Part shown: positions 25,708 to 33,683 of the stretch, piece by piece | How positions within the stretch are numbered: position 1 is the stretch's first letter | Layout: the number at the start of each line of letters is the position of its first letter | Assembly: GCA_002269645.1 (NCBI GenBank) | Contig: NIVC01003457.1 | Location: 1-37,953, forward strand | Length of the DNA stretch: 37,953 nt | From: Macrostomum lignano | Lineage: Eukaryota | Direction: 5' to 3' | Translations under genes and position numbers: made by a program | The notes under the pieces: model-generated | Told to the model about the DNA's origin: nothing | Database searches by the model: none | The model's input: the letters and a program-made list of their open reading frames with translations, nothing else

Positions 25708-26436
25708 ATGGATCTCTGTGACGGCTTCAAAGTTCAAGTGCAAGAGTACGAAGGTCATCGCTTTATTGCAATCCGACGTTTCTTCTCCTCTGAAAGCGGG
25801 CTCAGAGCGGGCATCCCTGGCTTTAACATCAATGCATACCAATGGGAGAAGTTGAAGCAGCTGAAACGCCAGCTTGTGCACTCGGCAGTCAATCGGCACA
25901 GCGTCACAGTCAAGCTTGGCTTTGATAAACTCGTTGTGGTCAGCAGGGGTATCATCTGGCTGAAGCGCCTGCCGGAAGACTGTACAGAGGATTATCTGCG
26001 GCGGAACTCAGTGGCGCTGACTCCCCGTCTATGGGGAGAACTCTGGAAGAAGGCCGAGTGGATCGACAACGAGCTGCGAGAGAAGTCGGCGGAGAGTGAG
26101 TATCAGCTGGAGGCCGAGGACATCAAGCATGAGGGCCAAGAAACTCTGCCGGTCAGCGAAGAAGAAGAAGAAGAAGAGAAGAGGCTGCGCATCGTCGAGT
26201 CGGACAATGCAACCAGCTCGCCTGTTCTGCCAGAGACTTCAGTCGGGCGCATACCGCAGCAAGACAGCGACCTGTCGCACGACCCACTGTGGTACCGGTT
26301 CCGTGCTGCTTCAGGGCTCGGCAACAGCGGCTGTCACAAACGAAAGCTTCCGTGGCCCCTGCGCAGGCAAAATGCAATCAAGTTGCCCAAAGTGATCAAT
26401 GGTGGAGAGGATGGTGACGCAGACAAAAGTGCTTGA
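25708..26436 (+). CDS. Protein with two tandem PC4 (Sub1/p15 transcriptional coactivator, ssDNA-binding)-like domains and an acidic/basic tail
   Basis: Domain 1: FKVQVQEYEGHRFIAIRRFF...LRAGIPGFNINAYQWEKLK, matching PC4 VSVREFKGKVLIDIREYW...KPGRKGISLNPEQWSQLK. Domain 2: VKLGFDKLVVVSRGIIWLKR...LRRNSVALTPRLWGEL. AATAAA at 26563. Confidence 0.8.
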   Translation: MDLCDGFKVQVQEYEGHRFIAIRRFFSSESGLRAGIPGFNINAYQWEKLKQLKRQLVHSAVNRHSVTVKLGFDKLVVVSRGIIWLKRLPEDCTEDYLRRNSVALTPRLWGELWKKAEWIDNELREKSAESEYQLEAEDIKHEGQETLPVSEEEEEEEKRLRIVESDNATSSPVLPETSVGRIPQQDSDLSHDPLWYRFRAASGLGNSGCHKRKLPWPLRRQNAIKLPKVINGGEDGDADKSA

Positions 26437-26656
26437 TAACTTTTTAAGTGACTATGCGTGGACATTGCTATGCCATCTGTATTGATGTCTAACAGTTCTA
26501 TTTATCCAGCTTTTTCAGCTTATTCATTAATGTCCTATTAAATGAGCTCGTTTAAAATTAAAAATAAAATAAAATAAGCATCTCTCTCTATAATTATGCT
26601 AGTTTACTGGTGAACTTAAGAATGCGAAATGAGTTTAATTTTTTCTCTAATTAAAA

Positions 26657-27724
26657 ATGGAAAAGATTTACTTTAACCCTGAGCAGCCAGCAAGCTTTTC
26701 TGGCTGCAATAAATTTATTAATGAAGTTCGCACGCAGGGTATCCGAGTGAGTGAAAAAGCTGCGAAAAACTGGCTTAACGATCAGACAGTCTACACATTA
26801 CATAAGCCAGCAAGGAGGAATTATCCGAGGGCCCCAATCATAGTTCGAAGTATTGATGACCAATGGGAGTTGGATCTGGTGGAGATGATTCCTTTTTCCA
26901 AGTATAATAACGGCTACAGGTATATTCTAACATGCATTGATGTGCTGTCCAAGTACGGATGGGCGAGGGCATTAAAGAACAAGTCTTCTATTGAAGTGAA
27001 GTCGGCATTCGAGAGCATATTAAGAAGTTCAAAGCGGCAACCGCGCACTGTTCGCACTGATCAGGGGAAAGAGTTTATCAACTCTACTTTTCGCCAATGC
27101 TGTATGGAAAGGGGAATCCTGGCATTCCCAACCAACAGTGAGCAGAAGGCGGCTGTCATTGAACGATGGAACCGAACTTTAAAGAGCAAAATGTGGCGCT
27201 ACTTCACTCACAACAGCACTCTGCATTGGCTTGATGTGTTGCCTAAGCTAGTGAAGTCCTACAACAAAACATACCACAGAAGCATACGAATGGCCCCAAC
27301 GAATGTCAGCCAGGAGAACGAGTCCGAGGTCTGGATGAGCCTATATGACGGGAAAGCGATTGAAACTGTGGAAAAGCTGGGAAAGCCAAAGTTCAGCGAA
27401 AACCAGTCTGTGCGGATTTCCAATGCACCCAGGCTTTTTAGAAAAGGGTACAAGGCCAACTGGAGCGAAGAAGTGTACACGGTGGTGTCCAGAGCTCCAA
27501 AGCATTATCCCTACATGTACAAGATAAAAGACATGAAAGGAGAAGAGATTCGTGGGCTTTTTCACGAGCATGAACTGCAGGCCGTTCCGGAGTCGCAGCG
27601 GCTGTATGTGATTGAAAAGATTTTGAAGACTGAGAAGCGGCAGGGAAAGATCCGATATCTGGTCAAGTGGGCCGGCTACGACTCCACTGACTGGGTGGAT
27701 GAGAAGGACTTAAGAAAAGTGTAA
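26657..27724 (+). CDS. Retroviral-type (rve) DDE integrase with C-terminal chromodomain
   Basis: DQWELDL, TDQGKEF and IERWNRTLK (D-D-E); C-terminal YVIEKILK...YLVKWAGYDSTDW chromodomain. Confidence 0.97.
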   Translation: MEKIYFNPEQPASFSGCNKFINEVRTQGIRVSEKAAKNWLNDQTVYTLHKPARRNYPRAPIIVRSIDDQWELDLVEMIPFSKYNNGYRYILTCIDVLSKYGWARALKNKSSIEVKSAFESILRSSKRQPRTVRTDQGKEFINSTFRQCCMERGILAFPTNSEQKAAVIERWNRTLKSKMWRYFTHNSTLHWLDVLPKLVKSYNKTYHRSIRMAPTNVSQENESEVWMSLYDGKAIETVEKLGKPKFSENQSVRISNAPRLFRKGYKANWSEEVYTVVSRAPKHYPYMYKIKDMKGEEIRGLFHEHELQAVPESQRLYVIEKILKTEKRQGKIRYLVKWAGYDSTDWVDEKDLRKV

Positions 27725-27754
27725 GATGCCGACATTGTGCAGCCATTCCCAATT

Positions 27755-28564
27755 ATGAGAAGCATCATCATTAACAGCGAAAATGCTGAAGGTACTCCTG
27801 CTGACTTTCATTTTCACCTGCCTTCACCTATTTACTTGGATCGAAATGTGGACTATGAGGCAGGTCTGGCTGAAATCCATCTGCCTGCTGCATGGTTCAA
27901 TGTTGACGAGCCTTACTGCTTCACTGTCTCAGATGGAAGAGAGCATGAGGCCTTGGTTCTTCAACCCGGACGCTTTGCTAGAGTGGAGGAGTTGGTGGAG
28001 CGCATGAATGAGCTGCTGGCCAACTCTGAGTCACTGTTCTTCGATGCAATGAGTGAGAGGGAGTCTGAAATGGAGGCTGATGAGTCTGGTTTAATGGGGC
28101 GGAGCAGCGCTAGAGATATTGGCATAAAGTTTGAGATCCAAGAATTGAGAACGGTAGTGCTCAACAACACGGCTCGAGCAGAATTATTCCTTCCATCAAG
28201 TAAAATTCTGCAGTGGCTGGGATTCGGAAATCAGTCCGTGAAAATTCCACCTGGGCGCCAAGTTTCCATGTACCACATTGGCTGCCCGCCCACCAATCTG
28301 ATCAACGTGCATTGTAGCATTGTGGAGTCAACTAATTGCAACTGGAATTCCCTGCTGCGAACTGTGAACATGAATCCTGAAGCCGGATGGGGAAGCTACT
28401 GGAGCAAAGTGTTTAAGAAAACAGTTTTCTTCCCCATTCAGAAAACAAATTTTCTACACAGCATTCGAGTTCAACTGCGAGACATCTTTGGCTTCTCACT
28501 GACTGCTCATAGCGGCAGCCCTGTTCTGCTCACAATTCTGATACGTGAGAGACCAATGCAATGA
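27755..28564 (+). CDS. Minor capsid protein (penton, PX-like)
   Basis: PADFHFHLPSPIYL...YEAGLAEIHLPAAWFNV, INVHCSIVE and IRVQLRDIFG motifs of Polinton pentons. ATG 27755 preferred over the in-frame GTG at 27737. Confidence 0.85.
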   Translation: MRSIIINSENAEGTPADFHFHLPSPIYLDRNVDYEAGLAEIHLPAAWFNVDEPYCFTVSDGREHEALVLQPGRFARVEELVERMNELLANSESLFFDAMSERESEMEADESGLMGRSSARDIGIKFEIQELRTVVLNNTARAELFLPSSKILQWLGFGNQSVKIPPGRQVSMYHIGCPPTNLINVHCSIVESTNCNWNSLLRTVNMNPEAGWGSYWSKVFKKTVFFPIQKTNFLHSIRVQLRDIFGFSLTAHSGSPVLLTILIRERPMQ

Positions 28565-28977
28565 ACTATCAGCAGCTGATTCGGCAGTATTCAGGGACTC
28601 GGACGGGAAATGAAAAGTCCATGCTCTATGGCTGCGGGAGTTTTCCTGGAATAATGACTTACCAGCCTCCTCCAGCACCTTCCATAACATCATCATCATC
28701 ATTAGCATCAAAGCCTGTACAAACCAGCAGTAGCAGCAGAAGCAATAGTACGAGTAATAGAAACATAGGAAATCAAGGACAGGCTAAAAAGGTGAATAAA
28801 AAGCAGGTGCGCATGAAGAAGAAGAAAAAAAGTGGCGAAGCACGCAAAACAAGCAAGGTCAGAACAAGCAAGCAACCTAAGAAAAGAACGACTAAAACAC
28901 AGGCCAAGAAAACAGGCAAAAGAAAACAAAAAGTGGGCAAAGAAACTGTGAAGCGTGTTCTGGACTCACTCTCATAG
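28561..28977 (+). CDS. Small Lys/Arg-rich putative DNA-packaging core protein (adenovirus pVII-like by position and composition)
   Basis: C-terminal half is extremely basic; lies between penton and hexon; ATGA overlap with the penton stop. Confidence 0.6.
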   Translation: MNYQQLIRQYSGTRTGNEKSMLYGCGSFPGIMTYQPPPAPSITSSSSLASKPVQTSSSSRSNSTSNRNIGNQGQAKKVNKKQVRMKKKKKSGEARKTSKVRTSKQPKKRTTKTQAKKTGKRKQKVGKETVKRVLDSLS

Positions 28978-28979
28978 CA

Positions 28980-30262
28980 ATGGCTTACGGATTCAACCCG
29001 AGACTCGATTTGTTCAAGTCCCCCGTGCTGCAGACTGCTATTGAAAAATCCACGTATGTTGATATTCACCCCGTGAACTCTATTTCTACTAACTCACCAA
29101 TTGAATTCGACTGCCATCCATCGGCTGATGAGTACACTGATCTGCTGAGCTCATTCCTGTATATTCGCTGTCGCCTAGTCCGGCTTGGCGGGGCTTTGAT
29201 GAGGGAGGAGGTTCGGAATGCCGATGGAGTTGTCACTGAGCGCAGAGACAGTGGGGTGCACCCAGAAAACTTTGTCCTATCTACGGCATTCTCAGATGTA
29301 ATCGTGAGCATCAACCAGCGCATTGTCTCTGGCGGAGACCAGCTCTACCCCTACCATGCCTACCTAAAAGCTCTCATGAGCTCATCCGATGCTCAGCAGT
29401 TAAATTTCTACCCCGCCGGATTCCTGGAACCCGAAACTGCTGCTGAGGGGCATGCCGAGAGACACAGGGAGTCCCGCTGGGTGGAGTATGCGGGACCGCT
29501 GCTCAGCGACATCTTCCAGTGTCCTGTTCTGCTGCTGAACAATTTACACCTGCACATCAAGCTGATGCCCAGTGAAGCTGCATTTGCCATCCGAACCCCA
29601 GATGAGAACAACACAGCCTACCGAATTGAAATTCCCATTGTATTCTGAACCTGCGCCGAGTCAAAGTGGCGCCTCACATCAGCCTAGCGCATGAGCAGGG
29701 ACTTACCAATCAGAACGCACTTTACCCCATCGAGCGAACCGAAATGCAAAACTTCATTCTACCCCAGGGAATTCAGTCAAAAAACATTGAAGGATTCACC
29801 CATGGCAAACTGCCGAAGTTCGTTATGCTGGTCTTCGTGAACCACCGAGCCTTCAATGGCCATCACCATTCCAGCCCCTTCGAGTTCCAGAGCTTCAACC
29901 TCAGCCAGCTAGCACTAAAGAAAGGTGGTGAAGCCATGTGCCACGCTGCATTTGCACCTGAGAATAATTCATTCGTGAGAGAGTACTTGCACTACCTGAA
30001 AAGCTGTCAGTCTGCCAGCCCTACCAACTCGGTTCCGTGGGTCCCCTACCAGTTGTTCTCCAACGGCAACACAGCTTTCGCATTCGATCTCACGCCTGAG
30101 GGAGCGGCCCTGTGGTACGGACAGAAGGAGGGAAATTTGCGGCTGGAGATTCGCTTCCGACAGGCCCTGGAGGAGCCTGTATCTCTGATTGTTATGTGCC
30201 TGTATGACTCACTGATTGAGGTCACGAAGCACAGGGAGATTCTGCTAGATTTTCCATCCTAG
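28980..30262 (+). CDS. Major capsid protein (hexon/PY, double jelly-roll), split by a -1 frameshift near 29633
   Basis: ORF 28980-29648 (STYVDIHP..SPIEF..DEYTDL) continues in another frame as HCILNLRRVKVAPHISLAHEQ..ALYPIER..GKLPKFVMLVFVNHRAFNG..SPFEFQ..FAFDLTP..GNLRLEIRFRQAL. Confidence 0.92.
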
Positions 30263-30285
30263 GAGTACGCTGGCGCAACGCTAAT

Positions 30286-30824
30286 ATGGATGCTTTTCAA
30301 CTGCTTAAACTGGCTAAAAGCTTTTTGCCACAAAATAACTATTTAATTATTGTCTTGAATTCAATAAATAAAACATCTTATGCTTTAAACTTTATTCAGC
30401 GAGCAACTCTCAAAAGAAATTTATCTCGATGTAGTTTATTTTCTTTCTGCTTCAGTACGGCTCGTCCTTTGGTCACTGGGTGGTTTGTTATGCCAATAAG
30501 GAGAATTCCATAGAACTCTTTAACTCTCTGGGCTGGGACTCAAGCACTTTAGAGATCATTCACAGAGCACTGAAATCCTTTTGGTATTCTCCATTCTACT
30601 TACGTAGCAATGTGAATCGAATTCAGAGCTGCAACTCTGCTAAATGCGGTTTGTTCTGTCTCTTGTTTGCCTATCAAAAGTTTCGTTTCAAGCGCTCGTT
30701 TGAGTGGGTTCTGCGGCACCTCCATGCAAATCAGCAGAGCCACTTGAATGAAAGAATTCTGCAAAGGTTTGAGAGTTGCTTAAGAAAAAAAAATTTAATT
30801 AGACTTTTAAAATCAAGGATTTAG
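30286..30824 (+). CDS. Adenain-like cysteine maturation protease, split by a -1 frameshift near 30468
   Basis: GHWVVCY...ELFNSLG...RIQSCNSAKCGLFCLLF (His, Gln, Cys motifs of adenoviral/Polinton proteases). The N-terminal ~60 codons are in another frame. Confidence 0.9.
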
Positions 30825-30835
30825 CTCAACAGGCG

Positions 30836-31489
30836 ATGGAAACACGTGAGCGGATAAACTGTTATGATGTGCGCCTGCGACAAGGAAGCTGCATGATTGT
30901 CAGCGGGCCTACAAATGCAGGAAAGACAACCTTCGTGAAACATCTGATACAATACAAGGATGTCATGTTTGATGTGAAGCCTGGGAGAGTTCTGTGGTAC
31001 TACGGAATTTCACAAGCAGCACACTCTGAGCTCAGCAGTCTCGGCGTGCACTTGCAGCAGGGATTTCCCAGCAGTATCGAGACCGCACTGAGACCCAATG
31101 ACCTGGTTGTATTTGATGACCTGATTGAAGAAACTTCCAATTCTGCTGCAATGCGAAATGTTTTCACTGGAATTGCCCATCATTTGCCCTGCTTTCTGGT
31201 TATGCTGACCCAAAATGTATTTTTTAAAGGGAAGGAGTTGCGAACAATGAGTCTGAATGCGATGTACTTTGTGATCATGAAGAACCCCAGAGACCAGCTG
31301 CAGATTGCGGCGCTGGGCAGGCAGTGTTTTGCTGAGAAGCCCGGCTTTCTGCTGTCAGTGTTCAAGCACGTGACATCGCACGGCAGGGGAGCCTACCTGC
31401 TCCTGGATTTTCACCCTTCCACCCCTGATGAGCTGCGGGTCCGGGCTCGAATCCTGCCCAATCAGCGACCCCACCTGGTTTACACTTAA
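30836..31489 (+). CDS. A32/FtsK-like DNA packaging ATPase
   Basis: Walker A GPTNAGKT, Walker B LVVFDD, and HH..MLTQN..RTMSLNAMY..KNPRDQLQI..LGRQ typical of Polinton ATPases. Confidence 0.96.
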   Translation: METRERINCYDVRLRQGSCMIVSGPTNAGKTTFVKHLIQYKDVMFDVKPGRVLWYYGISQAAHSELSSLGVHLQQGFPSSIETALRPNDLVVFDDLIEETSNSAAMRNVFTGIAHHLPCFLVMLTQNVFFKGKELRTMSLNAMYFVIMKNPRDQLQIAALGRQCFAEKPGFLLSVFKHVTSHGRGAYLLLDFHPSTPDELRVRARILPNQRPHLVYT

Positions 31490-31536
31490 GAATAACAGCC
31501 GAGATTTTGCCATTTGCTCTATATTCTGCAACACTA

Positions 31537-31854
31537 ATGATAATGGAAACATTCGACTCACATGAAAGTTTGTTTGATGTTCTCGCCTCACCGAAATATT
31601 CCATCAGCTTTAAACGTCTGTTGATCAGAGCGGGTCCAAAAGCAGTACATGAATTTCTCATTGAGGCCTGCTATAACCTATTGCAAAACACTCTGTCGTT
31701 CTCACTCACTGAAAAGGCAGCGCTAGTGAAGCAAAAGCAAATAATCCGCAAAATTTCTACACATAGAAGAGCTGCGGATCTGCTAAATACGGGTTTTATC
31801 AAAATTCTCTACATTCTAATAAAGCTAGTGAAGAAAAAGAAACAAAATGAATAA
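31537..31854 (+). CDS. Small conserved Polinton basic protein with a hydrophobic/amphipathic C-terminal helix (possible virion membrane-active peptide precursor)
   Basis: KRLLIRA..HEFLIEACYNLLQNTL..EKAALVKQKQIIRKI..GFIKILYILIKLV. Resemblance recalled from Polinton ORFs, not searched. The ORF track starts at TTG 31507. Confidence 0.55.
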   Translation: MIMETFDSHESLFDVLASPKYSISFKRLLIRAGPKAVHEFLIEACYNLLQNTLSFSLTEKAALVKQKQIIRKISTHRRAADLLNTGFIKILYILIKLVKKKKQNE

Positions 31855-32539
31855 GTTCTCAGAAATGGTTCTGATCCCCAAGTCAGAATACGACATGCTC
31901 ACACAGAATTTGAAGCCAGTTGAGTCTGAACTCGACACTGCTGTGAGATATGCGCAGAGGAAATGCAATGATATTTTGCTTGCCGAGGATTGCCCAGACG
32001 ATGTGAAAGCTGCCATGTACCATGATGCGATGAAGAGTTTGCTGGCCAAGCGCAAGCGGACTGGAAAGGATGATGCGGTACCTGCGAGTGATGCAAAGAT
32101 GCTGAAAACTGATATTGCACCAAGCAGCTGGGGGGAAAAGATCACCCAATCCGTGCCGCAGAAGTTTAAAGCGAGAGCCCGCAGTCTATGGGCCATCCTA
32201 TCTGGCAATCCTTCTCTGATTCGGGTGTCCGAAAATGGCGAGGCGCAAATTTGTGGGAAGACAATACCCTCCTCAAACATCCTGGATTTGTTTCACAGTG
32301 CCGTGAGGGATTCGAAATGTGCCAGCGAGCCGGTGGGCTGGAGTGAGTTTGTCTCATTGCTCCAAGATAAAAAGCTTAACATCCCAGCTTCGGCCATAGG
32401 AAAGTCAGTTAGGCAGCTAATTTCTAAACCTGCTGTTTCTCCAGAGGCCGCCCCTGCTCATCATACAGTTAAAGGATTCGGGAGTGGGAGAGCTTGGCTA
32501 CAGCTGAACAGGAAAAAACTATTTAAGAAGGGGAACTGA
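31847..32539 (+). CDS. Conserved uncharacterised Polinton protein (possibly PZ-like; name tentative)
   Basis: MVLIPKSEY..., VPQKFKARARSL..NGEAQICGKTIPSSNILDL..PVGWSEF..IPASAIG pattern; overlaps the upstream stop by 8 nt. Confidence 0.65.
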   Translation: MNKFSEMVLIPKSEYDMLTQNLKPVESELDTAVRYAQRKCNDILLAEDCPDDVKAAMYHDAMKSLLAKRKRTGKDDAVPASDAKMLKTDIAPSSWGEKITQSVPQKFKARARSLWAILSGNPSLIRVSENGEAQICGKTIPSSNILDLFHSAVRDSKCASEPVGWSEFVSLLQDKKLNIPASAIGKSVRQLISKPAVSPEAAPAHHTVKGFGSGRAWLQLNRKKLFKKGN

Positions 32540-32579
32540 GTCGGCTTCCCGATATCAGGCATCTTGAAACCATCCGATC

Positions 32580-33425
32580 ATGAACTATATTGACTTCCAA
32601 GGCTTCCCACGCGAGAGATCGAGCAGAGATTTCGTTGTGAAGGAGCTAGCCATTGCCCAAGTCCGGGCAGGCAGTTACCATATCACTCATCACGTGTACG
32701 CCTCTCCGTTCTCATGGGAGCGAATCTCACCTGAGATGCAGGTGCATTACAGAAAGCTCTCAAAGAATTTGCATCATTTCAAGTGGACAGATGGATCCCG
32801 ATCGTACATGCATTTGGCAAATGACATTCTAAACATTGCTTACGGCCCCACCTGGACAAGCGGGGTGAAAAAGTCCATCTTTCTGACTGAGCTGCTTGGC
32901 AGACAGGTGTACAACCTAGAGGATCTGGGATCACCTTTGATTCAAGCATCTGATACTGGTTGTGCAGTGAAAAATGTATTGCTCTACTACAACTGGCTGA
33001 AGCCAAAGTTCTGTATCAACTTAAGAAGCGAGGTGTGCCCGCACCACTCAAAGGCTCTCAAAGACAGCACCACTGACAGAAAGGACTCTCTAAATGAGTA
33101 CACCTGCGACAGCCCTGCGAGTGACCAATCTGGTTGGCGGCGTGGATCTGAGGCTGGCTGGAGGCAGGGGTGCCCAGTTGCCTCTGCGGGAACTGGCTCT
33201 CAGCATGGCTCATGTCATCTATCGCCCCGTCTGGCCCCGAGTGCTCATCAAGAGGATGCGGAATCCCAGAGTGACTCTGTTGCTCTATCCGACTGGACAA
33301 CTGAGTATCTGTGGCGCCCGGAGCTACTCGGCCTCAGTCAAGGCTGCCCGTCGCTTCGTGGCTATGCTGCATCGCAGAGTTCCGCCTCAACTGCTGCCTC
33401 GTCAATCCGTTTGTGTCCGAATTAA
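32580..33425 (+). CDS. RNase H-fold DEDD/Maelstrom-like protein (first ~145 aa); the remainder overlaps the TBP-like ORF in another frame
   Basis: IDFQGF..FVVKELAI..HHFKWTDG..Y..GVKKSIFL..VYNLEDLG..CAVKNV..W pattern. The C-terminal ~110 codons look like off-frame read-through. Confidence 0.55.
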   Translation: MNYIDFQGFPRERSSRDFVVKELAIAQVRAGSYHITHHVYASPFSWERISPEMQVHYRKLSKNLHHFKWTDGSRSYMHLANDILNIAYGPTWTSGVKKSIFLTELLGRQVYNLEDLGSPLIQASDTGCAVKNVLLYYNWLKPKFCINLRSEVCPHHSKALKDSTTDRKDSLNEYTCDSPASDQSGWRRGSEAGWRQGCPVASAGTGSQHGSCHLSPRLAPSAHQEDAESQSDSVALSDWTTEYLWRPELLGLSQGCPSLRGYAASQSSASTAASSIRLCPN

Positions 33426-33660
33426 GACTATTACTGCTTATGGAAAAATAGACTTGCCCAAGGCTCTATCACTAAGAAACCTCTGTGAAGTGCTACCGAA
33501 TGCGAAATATGAACCTGAAAGTTTTACTGCTTTAGTTTGTCAGCTTCAATACTGCAAGTGTACGCTTTTTCACAATGGCTCATTTGTGCTCAGCGGAGCA
33601 AAGTCTAAGCATATGCTACAATCAGACCGTTCCCTATTAGCTTGCTTGCTTTCAAACTGA
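33094..33660 (+). CDS. TBP-like: Divergent TATA-binding protein (TBP)-fold protein encoded by the Polinton
   Basis: 188 aa, two internal repeats. Repeat 1: VTNLVGGVDL..LPLRELA..YRPVWPRVLIKRMRNPRVTLLLYPTGQLSICGARS..SVKAARRF. Repeat 2: IKTITAYGKI..LSLRNL..YEPESFTALV..TLFHNGSFVLSGAKS. Compare TBP [58 protein letters not shown] and YEPELFPGLIY..LLIFVSGKVVLTGAK. Confidence 0.9.
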   Translation: MSTPATALRVTNLVGGVDLRLAGGRGAQLPLRELALSMAHVIYRPVWPRVLIKRMRNPRVTLLLYPTGQLSICGARSYSASVKAARRFVAMLHRRVPPQLLPRQSVCVRIKTITAYGKIDLPKALSLRNLCEVLPNAKYEPESFTALVCQLQYCKCTLFHNGSFVLSGAKSKHMLQSDRSLLACLLSN

Positions 33661-33683
33661 AATAAATAAAAAGAAAGAATAAA
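33661..33683 (+). terminator. Clustered AATAAA polyadenylation signals after the plus-strand gene block
   Basis: AATAAA at 33661, 33665 and 33678, immediately after the TBP-like stop, in the AT-rich spacer between convergent units. Minus-strand AATAAA at ~34090 and ~34134 follows pPolB. Confidence 0.6.

Noticed and set aside
29620-29650. Programmed -1 ribosomal frameshift in the hexon gene
   Set aside because: No canonical slippery heptamer or obvious downstream structure; a single-base deletion is simpler.
33091-33096. TAAATG as a poxvirus-like late promoter
   Set aside because: Not shared by the other element ORF starts; explained as a stop-start junction.
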